Positions 9,158-19,744 of a stretch of DNA of 20,000 bases are shown here, piece by piece. The notes under the pieces are model-generated. The model was not told the origin of the DNA. It made no database searches and was given only the letters and a program-made list of their open reading frames with translations. The translations under genes were made by a program, and so were the position numbers. Within the stretch, counting starts at the first letter, position 1. Each line of letters begins with the position of its first letter. Origin of the DNA: Chiloscyllium plagiosum (taxonomy: Eukaryota); NCBI RefSeq assembly GCF_004010195.1, contig NC_057718.1, positions 35,983,868 to 36,003,867 of the forward strand, given 5' to 3'.

Positions 9158-12100
9158 GTTCTAAAAGTGAACTTTGGTAATGTTTCCTTGGATCATTTAC
9201 AAATAATTTTTGGGCAGATTAATTTGCAGTTTTGGTGATGAATATGCATAGTTCCATGATCATTTTAAAAAGAAATGTTGCTTTTGGTACTAATCTTTCA
9301 ATATACAACATTCACTACTGGTAGTGCAGTTAATCTTGCTTAAAGAATTGTCTCTTTTTCTGTTTAATTTGTGGAGATTTATGAACAATTCAGCATTTTG
9401 TCACCAGTTTTAAAATAATATCGCACTAAAAGTTGCGTTAAGAATATTTTCTTGCAAATTCTCTGCTCCGCCTGACCAGCACACTGATTATTTTGTTGCA
9501 TTTTTGGTCAGTCAAAGGTGTTGTAATTTGCTTTTCATGTGCAGCAGTTATAATGATTTTGTTTTTGTTACATTTAAACAAAACAATCTTTGCAGTTTTG
9601 ATTACTGACAGAAATATTGATGATTGAGTTCAGCAAATGCATTTTAACATTTCATTCAAATTTTTGGAACTTACTTGCTATGCGCAGAATGGCGATCAAA
9701 ATAACTTGTTATCTTAAAGCCTAAAATAAGTTCAAGATATCAAAAGAAACAGGAAAAATTTTCTAAATATCAGTTTAGCTAACACAAAAGATAGCCTGAA
9801 AATCATGTTCATTTGGTGTCCCTGTTCTGAATCATTGTCATAAACATGCACTTGACGTTAGAACTTGACATTTTCAATCTGAATGCTAACGGTGAGAGCG
9901 AGAGGTGACTCAACTTTAGTTGAGGTTGAGGTGTATTGATTATTCTTATTATTTAAATATGGTTATTAAAACAACTCTTCTGCAATGTCAGCTAAAAGAA
10001 ATTCTCGCTTTAAATAGGAACACTTAGTGTCACCAATAAGTTTGAGTTCTGGATAGAGATTCATATCACCTTTTGTCTTTGTTACTAATAACTAACAGGT
10101 ATCAGCATTTGCTACTCCAATAGTTTTATCATTGTGCTGATTCAAGCCCCTTCTTGGATTTGTCTTCCTTACCAGATTTGACATAATTTCACAGTTCTGT
10201 CATTTATTGTCATATGTAGACTCCAATTTCCATTTCAATGCAAAGGGGTTGAAAGGATATAGAGTGCTGAAAATTAATGCTATTAAGAGCACTTTAAAAG
10301 TTAAAAATGTTTTTCAATCAATTAATATTTCTCTTTGTCCTTTCCAGAAGACATCTGATATGGTCAGCTGTACATATGAATTCAATTATGTGAGATAGAG
10401 CTGTAGAAGATTGTGCAGACATTGGTTGCGGGGAGTGGTTAATGCAAGGGACACATTTGTAAATATATATGAAAAAGACTGAAGTCAGTGATTTTGGATT
10501 TGGGGACTTAGTGTTGATTATGAGTCTTGGGTATGTGGGGTATAATATAGGGGAGGGAGCTGAGAGGCTGTTGAGCAAGGTGTTGGAGAAGATTTGTAGT
10601 TAAGGCAGTATGAATGAGTTTCAGCAGCAGTGTGAATGATCTTAAATTGAAAGGTGTCAATATTATAGAAATAAAAATTTTACTGATTAGAATTATTAGA
10701 GTAAGGCATTTAAAGTATTAAAATAAAAGAAACCTATTTCATATTCTTCACTGAAGTATAAAACATGCTTGGTTTAAACGTATATTACATCTATGTGAGA
10801 GACCCTGCTGCAAATCAATCCCTGCTGTTTCTGGAGTTGTCACAAAATTTAATTTTATCAAAGTATACAAAGTACCAATTTGTTTGTTTGACCTAAGTTA
10901 ACAGACGATCGGATGAGGTTTTTGTATTTAACAAAAATTGCTATTTATTACAAATGAGTAAATTCTAATCACAAATTGCTCCCTTCAAAAACCTCTACAC
11001 ACAGGCAAAAAAAAATGGATTTTATGGATGAAGGAAAATAATTTCTGGGAAACAATTTAATAGTACTAGTCCTCAGGATTCGATGGAGTGTATCATTTGT
11101 TTCCCAATCCTTTAATTTTTCTGGTATTTTCCTTAAGGTCATTAAACCTTGGCATCTGCAACTGATCTCAATTGTACAAGTCTATTACTGTTTAAGCCTG
11201 ATTTGGTATGCACACCGTTGTACCAGCATGTCATCGCTTCCACCTTTCCCTACTGCGTGCAACTCAATATTGTAAATATGACTCACAATGGGTTTCAATA
11301 ACTTACTTTTTTAAAAGTATAACCATTCTTTCCTCTGTTCTTTTGTTTTAAAGTAATTTTATTAATTTTGTCCACAATCAAAAATGAACTAAAATAAAGG
11401 GTGTAGTCTTTACAATATTGCAATAATGCAGAGTAATCTTACAGAAAATAACATTTTGTTAGTTTAGGATTTGTATATCATTGTGTATTTACATATCCTT
11501 TTAAACTGAGAGCTTTGATACCTTCCACCACCCTTGAGATTTGCTCAAGTTGAACATGGTGGCTAAGAGCTCCAATGTCGTGTTTGAACTGAGCTGAAAC
11601 TCAAAATCACTTATCCTAGCCATCAATGCTTATTGCATATAAGCAAAAGTACATACCTATGTACTTTTCACTCTGCTTCATTTGAAATTCCTCACGCTCT
11701 CTGCTTTCTGAGGCAAAGGCAGAAAGTTCTACAATCAAAATGCAGCATACTTCAGAATACCCTTCAAGGCCATCCTCTTTGTTATTCTCTTCCTTTAAAC
11801 CATCATACAGCAAGTCTTCAATTGATTTTTTTTCTTTTACAGCTGCACCTTGTTGAACTTGCTCTTTGAGGTGCAATGAGAGGTTACATTATTAATGTTG
11901 AATAATTGTACATGATCTTTCAGCTTTTAAATTCTCACATATAGGGAGGCTAATGGTGTCATTTCAGGCTGGAACAAATGAAGTTATGGTTTGCTTGACT
12001 GGAGGCTGATAGAATTTTTTTGAGAAAATGAATCAATTAAAATGGGAACAGCAGTGATGCAAGGATGACCTGCTGAAGCATTGAAAGTGTAGAGAGATGA

Positions 12101-12338
12101 CCTGATTCAATGCGTTAATGTATAATTGTGGTTTAAGGATTGGGTAACAGTAGCATTTTTTTCCCATATTTATTATTCCAGGTTTTCCATTTCACGGCCT
12201 GTCTATAAAATGTCTATAGGGGCCATCACAGTGCAGTAACAAGTAATAAGCTTAATGCCAACACTGACCCAGTTGAAGTTGGAAAATATCCTGCCACTTG
12301 CCACATCGTATATTTTATTCAACTAATGTTTTCACTGG

Positions 12339-12431
12339 GCAAAATACTGCAGATGCTGGAAATGTGAAGTATGAAATCAAAAATCCAGGAAATACTTGTC
12401 AGTATCTGTGGGGAAGGAAACATTATTAACG
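12339..12431. mobile_element. Older Penelope-like terminal repeat fragment
   Basis: gcaaaatactgcagatgctggaaat shares the ctgcagatgctgga core with the family B elements. The rest is diverged. Confidence 0.55.
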
Positions 12432-12723
12432 GCTGCTTCTTAACTGAAAATTGGCTCACTGTCATTTTTGTTGAGTTTCATGCAAGGTTTCTCTCCGTGA
12501 AGCTTAATGCTTTCTCAATTTATCATCCCTAAATCAGATAATTAATTATGCCATGCCCTATTGCCCCTGCTCATCTGATGCCAACACGATTCTTCCACTC
12601 ACTGGGCATTGCAGGGTTCCCTGTATCAATGCTATATGTAAAAAAAAAAGCTGTGCACCAGGTCATGCACTGGCAGGGCCAAGCTGTGCTGTAGGGTTTA
12701 TGACCAGCTTAGCCAGTATGTGG

Positions 12724-12931
12724 AAATTGTTGCCTTGTTTTATGGATGGGGACCTAGATGGTGCAGAAGAGAGCAATCTTCTTGCCCTCACATCCCAGCC
12801 ATGTAGAAGAGCCTACACGATCAAACATCACAAATGTGGTCAGAAGTAGTCCCCTCAGTCAGTATTGTCTCCATGGTCTGGAGAAACATATAGCAATGTC
12901 ACAAGGTAAATTACCTTCTCTCTCCACCAGG
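12724..12931 (+). mobile_element. Second decayed Harbinger Myb/SANT-like exon
   Basis: Frameshifted pieces KLLPCFMDGDLDG and QMWSEVVPSVSIVSMVWRNI*QCHKVNYLL, followed by donor-like gtaaat at 12932. Nucleotide similarity to the reverse complement of 3202-3420 (aaattgNtgcc, tggtcagaagtWgtc). Confidence 0.6.
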
Positions 12932-13087
12932 GTAAATGCTCCTGTTGGTTCTGTGCTACTTCAAACTCTCTTTTTTTTGTTGCAGCCCCCATTTCACACC
13001 AAATCTCATGATTTGCCGCTCTCAATTGTTGTTTGAAACATCTTACCTCATTCTTTCTGTCCACCCCATCTTAGTAAATTTGTATGG

Positions 13088-13216
13088 GGAAAGTGAGGAC
13101 TGCAGATGCTGGAGATCAGAGCTGAAAAATGAAGAAGGGCTTATGCCCGAAACGTCAATTCTCCTGCTCCTTGGATACTGCCTGACCTGCGCTTTTCCAG
13201 CAACACATTTTTCAGC
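13088..13216. mobile_element. Non-autonomous Penelope-derived element (family B) with 16-bp TSD
   Basis: tagtaaatttgtatgg at 13072-13087 and 13217-13232. Same termini as 650-821 (gaaagtgaggactgcagatgctgg ... ttttcagc). Contains tgaagaagggcttatgcccgaaacgtc. Confidence 0.88.
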
Positions 13217-13316
13217 TAGTAAATTTGTATGGCCTGTACACTGCCTGCTCATGTGGAACACCTAACCACTTGCACCAGCATTAACAGTTGTGCCACCCAC
13301 TTTTGTCTCATTCAAT

Positions 13317-14281
13317 CTTAGATGGGTTAATGGATTGAAAAATGGCAGATGGGGTTCCATCTGGAAAAATGTAAGGTGTTGAATTTTGGTTAAACAACAT
13401 TAGGGCTTATACAATTGATGGTAGAGCCTTTAGGTAGTGTTGTAGAACTGAGGGACTAAGGGGTGCAAGTACAGAGGAACCTCGATTATCGGAAGGACAC
13501 CGGCAGGGAGTTAATCGAATGCCGAATAATCAATGCCGGATACCGTAGTTAGCCATGCATCGACATCTTGCGATCTTGTTCGGATGATTTGAATTCAGTT
13601 AATCGAATGTCGGATAATCAAGGTTCTTCTGTACATCATTCTCTAAAATTTGTGTCACATAGACAGGATGGTTAAAAAGGAGCTTAGCACGCTTCCTTTT
13701 CTCAATTCTTTGAGTTGGGACTTTATATTGAGATTTACAGGACATTCATGAGGCTCCTTCTGGAAAACTGTGTTCAGATCTAGTCACCCAATTATAGGAA
13801 GGATGTTAAGCTGGTGAGGGTTCAGAAGAGAGTTACCAGGATATTGCTGAGTATGGAAGGTTTGAGTCAGAGAAAGGCTGGATAGGCTAGGACATTTTTC
13901 ACTGGAGTGTAGGACGTTGAGAAGTGACCTAATAGAAGTTTATAAAATAACAAGAGGTATAGATAAAGTTGATGGTATTTGTCTTTTCTTGAAGATGGGG
14001 AATGTCAAGACATCCTCTCACATTTTTAAGGTGAGAGGGTGACATGAGGCAATTCTTTTGCACAGAGGTTGTTTTGCATGTGGAATGAACTCCCTGAGGA
14101 TGTGGTGGATGTGCACACAGTCACAACATTTAAAAGATGTGTGGATGAATACATTTTTAGGGAAGGTTTGGAGGAATATGGGCCAGGAACAGGCAGGTAT
14201 GACTAGTTTAGTTTGGGATTATGTTTGGCATTGACTGGTTGGATGGAAGGATCTGTTTCTATGCTAGATAACACTCTGACT
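13317..14281 (+). mobile_element. Degenerate 5'-truncated CR1-type LINE containing a MITE
   Basis: aaatggcagatgg..., gttcagaagagagttaccagga, and 3' UTR ggaaggatctgtttctatgct...ctctgact. Collinear with 15532-16736. Confidence 0.85.
13472..13631. mobile_element. Tc1/mariner (Tigger/pogo-type) MITE, 160 bp
   Basis: 22-bp TIRs cagaggaacctcgattatcgga (13472-13493) and tcggataatcaaggttcttctg (13610-13631), matching at 19/22. TA duplicated at 13470-71 and 13632-33. Removing it restores the CR1 sequence ggtgcaagTAcat. Confidence 0.9.
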
Positions 14282-14679
14282 TTCTCTCATTCTTGGGGAA
14301 AATGGCATATAATAGTCAGGACAGGTAGTGAGGTGAATGACGTTCAGTGAAGAAGGTGTTCAGTATGCTTTCCTTTATTGGTCAGAGCATCAAGTATAGG
14401 AATTGGGAGGTCACGTTGCAGCTGTATGGGGTATTGGTTAGGCCACTTTTGGAATATTGTATGTAATTTTGGTCTCCATCCTGTAGGAAAGATGTTGTGA
14501 AAGTTGAAAGCGATCAGAAAAGTTTTACAGGGATGTTGCCAGGGTTGGATGGTTAGAGCTGTACGGAGAGGCTGAATAGGCTGGGGCTGATTTTCCTGGA
14601 GCGTCGGAGGCTGAGATTTTCTAGGCCTTTATAGAGGTTTAGAAAATCATGAGGGGAATGAATAGGGTAAATAGACAAG

Positions 14680-14763
14680 AAGAAAGTGAGTACTGCAGAG
14701 CAGGAGAATCAACATTTCGGGCAAAAGCCCTTCATCAGAAAGTTTCCACCACACTCTCGACTC
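14680..14763. mobile_element. 84-bp Penelope-derived element (family B) with 12-bp TSD
   Basis: taaatagacaag at 14668-14679 and 14764-14775. Starts agaaagtgagtactgcaga and ends cacactctcgactc. Removing it restores the CR1 frame (VNRQGLFP). Confidence 0.88.
14711..14738 (-). ncRNA. Minimal hammerhead ribozyme-like core
   Basis: CUGAUGA-a-GGGC-uuuu-GCCC-GAAA-u-GUU with a perfect 4-bp stem II and tetraloop. Confidence 0.6.
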
Positions 14764-15531
14764 TAAATAGACAAGGTCTTTTCCCTGTGATGGGGGAATC
14801 CAGAACTAGAGGGCATCGGTTTAGGGTGAGGGGAAGAGATTTAAAGGGACCTAAGGGGCAGCTTTTTCACACAGTGGATGGTACGTGTATGGAATGAGCT
14901 ACCAGAGGAAGTGTTGGAAGCCGAAACAATTACAACATTTAAAAGACATCTGGATGCGTATATGAATCGGAATTGTTTAGAGGGATATAGGCCAAGTACT
15001 GGCAAATCGGACTAGAGTAGATTAGGCTATCTGGCCGACATGCATGAGTTGTATCAAAGCGTCTGTTTACGTGCTGTACATCTCAATGACTCTGAGTGAG
15101 AAGCATAGTCCATTGCTGTGGTACTCTTGCTTTGCCCCTATTGTGAATGTATTCTGACCATGCCACAACTTCTACTCCTTGTTTGTGACACATTTTCTTG
15201 TCTCCCTTAATTATGAGTGAGATTAGCACAACCTCTGTTGTCAAGAGGGCAGTGCCAAAAGACATCCACTCCTTCATCTCTGAGGAAGAGGGCACACATA
15301 CCTCAGAGGTGGTGCTGGTAGGAATCTAGCTGGAGGAGGAAACAGAAAGGGACTCCTCAGAAATCTCCTCTCGGAACAGTCCAGAGATGGTTAGGCCTTC
15401 TATCTGCTTGTGGGATGTCAAGCTGAGAAAAGTGTGTCTGCCTATGGGCAGGATGCACTCAGCATGTCTGGTCCATGTAGACTAATATCCCCAGGATTTT
15501 TCGACTAAATCTCCAAGGTCAAAGGTTCCAG

Positions 15532-16736
15532 AGGATTGATGAGGGCAGAGCGGTGGATGTGAACTATATGGACTTCAGTAAGGCATTTGGGAGACTGATC
15601 AGCAAGGTTAGATCTTATGGAATACAGGGAGAACTAGCCATTTGGATACAGAACTGGCTCAAAGGTAGAAGACAGAGGGTGGTGGTGGAGGGTTGTTTTT
15701 CAGACTGGAGGCCTGTGACCAGTGGAGTGCCACAAGGATCGGTGCTGGGCCCTCTACTTTTTGTCATTTACATAAATGATTGGGATGTGAGCATAAGAGG
15801 TACAGTTAGTAAGTTTGCAGATGACACCAAAATTGGAGGTGTAGTGGACAGTGAAGAGGGTTACCTCAGATTACAAAAGGGTCTTGACCAGATGGGCCAA
15901 TGAGCTGAGAAGTGGCAGATGAAGTTTAATTCAGATAAATGCGAGGTGCTGTATTTTGGCAAAGCAAATCTTAGCAGGACGTATAGACTTAATGGTAAGG
16001 TCCTATGGAGTGTTGTGGAACAAAGAGACCTTGGAGTGCAGGTTCATAGCTCCTTGAAAGTGAAGTCGCAGGTATATAGGATAGTGAAGAAGGCGTTTGG
16101 TATCTTTTATTGGTCATAGTATTGAGTACAGGAGTTGGGAGGTCATGTTGCAGCTGTGCTGGACATTAGTTAGACCACTGTTGGAATATTTTGTGCAATT
16201 CTGGTCTCCTTCTTATCAGAAATATGTTGTGAAAATTGAAAGGGTTCAGAAAAGATTTACAAGGATGTTGCCAGGGTTGGAGGATTTGTGTATAGGGAGT
16301 GGCTGAAGAGGCTGGGGCTGTTTTCCCTAGAGTGTTGGAGGCTGAGGGGTGACCTTATGGAGTTTTACAAAATTATGAGGGGCATGGATATGGTAAATAG
16401 GCAAAGTCTTTTCCCTAGGATTCGGGAGTCCAGAACAAGAGGGCATAGGTTTAGGGTGAGAGGGGAAAGATATAAAAGAGACCTAAGAGGCAACTTTTTC
16501 ACACAGAGATTGGTACGGGTATGGACTGAGCAGCCAGAGGAAGTGGTGGACGCTGGTACAATTGCAACATTTATGAGGCATTTGGATGGGTATATGAATA
16601 GGAAGGGTTTGGAGGGATATGGGCCGGGTGCTGGCAGGTGGGACTAGATTGGGTTGGGATATCTGGTCGGCATGGATGGGTTGGACCGAAGGGTCTGTTT
16701 CCATGCTGTACATCTCTATGACTCTATGACTCTATA
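15532..16736 (+). mobile_element. Relatively young 5'-truncated CR1/HER1-type LINE (RT domain to 3' tail), inactivated
   Basis: YMDFSKAF, GVPQGSVLGPLLF, SKFADDTK, RDLGV and LEY.VQFWSP motifs are present. Premature TGA at 15901-15903 and frameshifts near 16100 and 16290. 8-bp tail (ctctatga)x~3 at 16714-16736. Confidence 0.95.
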
Positions 16737-17465
16737 TGCCTTCCACACCAGTTATGAATCATGGGATTGTAAAGAGATGTAGAAGGAGGGAGAGAAAGGG
16801 CCAATAGGTGGCATGAGTGGCATTTCATTGTAGGTTTTCACGTTTGTAAGTAGCTGTTCGCTCTTCTTCAGCTGTCAGAGTAAATGTCTATGGAGCCACA
16901 ACTACAACATTGAAGGCAAAGAGACAAGCACTACACAATGGTTAATGGTCCCTCACTGGATGAAAACCGTAATCTGTCCACTTTGGTTGAGATGCCTGTC
17001 ATTTTCATCTTCATTGTGCCCTTGTTATTTACAATGCAATGGAAGGAAATGGTGGTTGCTTCTCAACCAGTGAGTTTCATGCTTAGCTTTTTAATATTGG
17101 TGAATATACACCAAATGTACCCGTTGCCTTGTTGGCCCTACTTGTCAGCCCCATGGGTTTTAATCTTCCCACAATTCTCCACTCAACTTATGTATCTAAT
17201 TCAACATATCCCTACTTTACCACCTGACTTCCAAGCATACGGAGTAAACATGACAGATCTAGTACTGCAGTGCCCATCACCCCCTTATCACAATGGTCAA
17301 GGTGTTACTGACAGTCAGTGAACCCCACCTGCATTACCATTTTCCCTTCAATGTTCTATTATCTCCCTTCCCATATATATTGAATTACCCCTTCACAATT
17401 GTAATACCCTCTTCACCCCAGTAACAGTGAAGGACTGGTGACATATTTCCACATCTGGCTGCTAA

Positions 17466-17537
17466 GTGGCGTGGAGGGGAACTGCAGGTAGTGGTGTTCC
17501 CGTGTACCTGCTGTCCTCCTTCCAGATGTTAATGGTG
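17466..17537 (-). mobile_element. Short LINE (CR1/L2 clade) fragment
   Basis: ggaggggaactgcaggtagtggtgttcccgtgtacctgctg resembles a common shark LINE 3' segment as I recall it. Not verified. Confidence 0.4.
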
Positions 17538-18414
17538 TTTTTTTTATGTATTTAATAGTTTTGAAGCTCTAGCCTATTTTCTATTTCTTAGGTTATTGGC
17601 TTATGATGGTGTGTTAACTTTGCATTCGGCTTGTAGGAAGTTGTTTGGTATGTGCAAGCCCTTTATTCTTATATAAAGTGTTACAAATATCTACTTTGAG
17701 AAGTAAATTCTCACATTAGAGAAGATTTATACACAGGAAGCTAAAACTTGACTATAGTAGTGTTGCCATGGAAATCATCAAGGTCTCAGCTGTCCTATTG
17801 TACAGAAAACTGAAGTGCTCCTCACCCAAAGATGATGTCAAGTAATTACTCATCAATTGAAATATTAGTGAAAGAGAAAGTATTTTTCCTCAATTTGAAG
17901 GGCAACTTGTACCTCGAGAAAATAAAAATGAGCTTGCTTTTCTCAAATTAATAAAAAATTGGCAATGTAAAATGTAATTGAAGGCTATCTGATTAAAAAC
18001 ATTTATTTGTGACACTGAAGTTTTCCACAATAATCTTCATACCATCCTCACGAGTCATTGTTTCAGTCCATTTACTTCTACATATTAAAACAGAATATTT
18101 ATTCAACACATGACTGCTGTTCTTGTTTCTGTGCTTTGTTCATGTATGTCATTCCTCGCTGCAGTGGCTCACTGGAAATTAAGCCCATTATTTCTGAGTC
18201 ATCACAAAGTTAAAGATTTCATCAAAGTGCAGAAAATTCCCAAATTTATGCGTCTTTTAAAACCCAGGTTAACAGGAAGCATGGACCAGGTTTCTATATC
18301 TGACAAGAATTGCTATGTACTACAAATAAAAGTTAACCGGGAATATATTACAAATAAATACATTCTTACAGGTAAACAGCTATAAAACTATGGCCCCTTG
18401 ATAAATGCCGAGTC

Positions 18415-18741
18415 AGTGAGGTCTGCAGATGCTGGAGATCAGAATTAAGAGTGTGTTGCTGGAAAAGCACAGCAGGTCACGTAGCATCAGAGAAGCAGGA
18501 AAATCGACGTTTCGGGCCGGAGTCCTTCATCAGGAATGAGGCTTGGAGCCTCGGGGGTGGAGAGATAAATGGGAGGAGGTTGGGGCTGCGGAGAAGGTAG
18601 CTGAGAATGGATGGAGGAGGGGGTAAAGGGTTGGTGGAGTGGATAGGTGGGAAGGAAGATTGACAGGTGGGGCAGGTCATGGAAGGTTGGAAGTGGGGTA
18701 AGGTGGGGGGAAAGGAAATGAAACTGGTGATGCCCTGGGGT
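18415..18741 (-). mobile_element. Penelope-like element 3' end (end of ORF, pyrimidine-rich stretch, hammerhead, terminal repeat with tail)
   Basis: Shares agtgaggNctgcagatgctggagatcaga...gttgctggaaaagcacagcaggtca with family B. The minus strand encodes PQGITSF, like the decayed C-terminus of a PLE GIY-YIG ORF, then a C/T-rich tract. Confidence 0.8.
18506..18533 (-). ncRNA. Minimal type I hammerhead ribozyme-like core
   Basis: CUGAUGA-a-GGAC-uccg-GCCC-GAAAC-GUC. Canonical GUC triplet and palindromic ACGU stem III, with one mismatch in stem II. Confidence 0.65.
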
Positions 18742-19254
18742 GCTCCCCCTACATACAGGTAGCGATATGCACAAAACATTGGTCTGGGTGGAGGGAAAAA
18801 GGAAAGCCGTTTAATGGTCCTTGCCTATAGGGTTTGCTGAAGTGACTTGTAACTCATTGATCTCTCTTCTCCAGGTATTTTCACTTGCCTGAAGAGGCTC
18901 CAAGCAACTGGTTCACAATTTATAAGGTCTCTGACTTACAGGTTTAAAGGACCAGCCCACAGCAACTGATGAGGCAGAATGAATTGCAGGCTTTAGGTAC
19001 TTCTTAGTGGAGAAAAAAAGGCATCATCTCTTGAGGGTCAAAGGATTCTGGCTATATTGTTCAATCTATAAGCTGTTCAGCTACCTGGGAGCAATTATTG
19101 GTGCGCATATGACCTTTGTCATCAACAATTAGTTGCAACCCAACAGACTAATCAGTTAATTGTTGCTCTGTGAATCTCACTTTGTACACAATCCCTGGTT
19201 ATAGTCCATCTGCAGTAAATTGCCCAGGGTGGCCAGGGTGGCCAGTAGTAAGAG

Positions 19255-19450
19255 CAGGGGCAGATAGCCTGAGGCAGCCAGTTGTGAGAGTGGGAGCAAG
19301 CAGCCTGAGGTGGTCGGCAGTGATAGCGGGAACAGGCAGTCTGAGACAACTAGCGGTGAGCAGGCAGTCTGAGGCAGCCATTGGTGGCAGGCAGTCTGAG
19401 GTGGCAGCAGCAGCAGGAGCAGGCTGTAAGATGATGACAGCTGGCAGTCT
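19255..19450 (+). repeat. Degenerate GC-rich tandem repeat
   Basis: Core caggcagtctgag and variants at 19261, 19297, 19333, 19361 and 19388 (spacing 36, 36, 28, 27). Confidence 0.7.
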
Positions 19451-19744
19451 GGCATGGTCAGCAGAGCCGAGGTCAAGCCTATAGCAGGGGACATCAAACC
19501 CTTGTGAGGAATGCAAGCCCAGTATGGCTAGGCACTTATGGACTGTGGTGTAGAGCTTTTAACTGTGTTCTTTTGTTTTCTACTTTTTAGTAAATGGAAT
19601 GTAATATTTAACTTTTTAACTTTGTTATCTTTATTTTTCTTCTTTGTACCAATATTTAGGGTAAAAAAAACTATAGCAGAGAGGTATCAGAAGGTATTCT
19701 AATTCATACTTGTACAAAGTAACTAATTAACTAACTAAGCAGAG

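Larger units (their letters stand above)
14346..15093 (+). mobile_element. 5'-truncated CR1-type LINE 3' end containing a Penelope-derived insertion
   Basis: Closely similar to 16083-16736 (gtgaagaagg...ggccacttttggaatattgt...gtctgtttacgtgctgtacatctcaatgactct). Confidence 0.9.

Noticed and set aside
10838..11350. Possible solo LTR (tgtcaca start, minus-strand aataaa)
   Set aside because: No matching terminus or TSD could be identified.
11821..11890. Strong + strand acceptor-like tttttttttcttttacag
   Set aside because: It lies downstream of the cox7a2l polyA signal and has no convincing donor or recognisable peptide after it.
15553..16647. RT-like ORFs as an active reverse transcriptase or novel RT system
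   Set aside because: 5'-truncated CR1 ORF2 with an internal deletion, a premature stop and frameshifts.
19185..19208. cacaatccctggttatagtcca resembling the family A terminus at 1-14
   Set aside because: Too short, with no hammerhead or partner arm.
19255..19450. Repeat-spacer pattern as a CRISPR array
   Set aside because: Vertebrate context, degenerate 13-nt cores, irregular and mutually similar spacers, no cas genes.
19152..19516. Four overlapping ORFs on both strands
   Set aside because: Explained by stop-poor GC-rich tandem repeat sequence.
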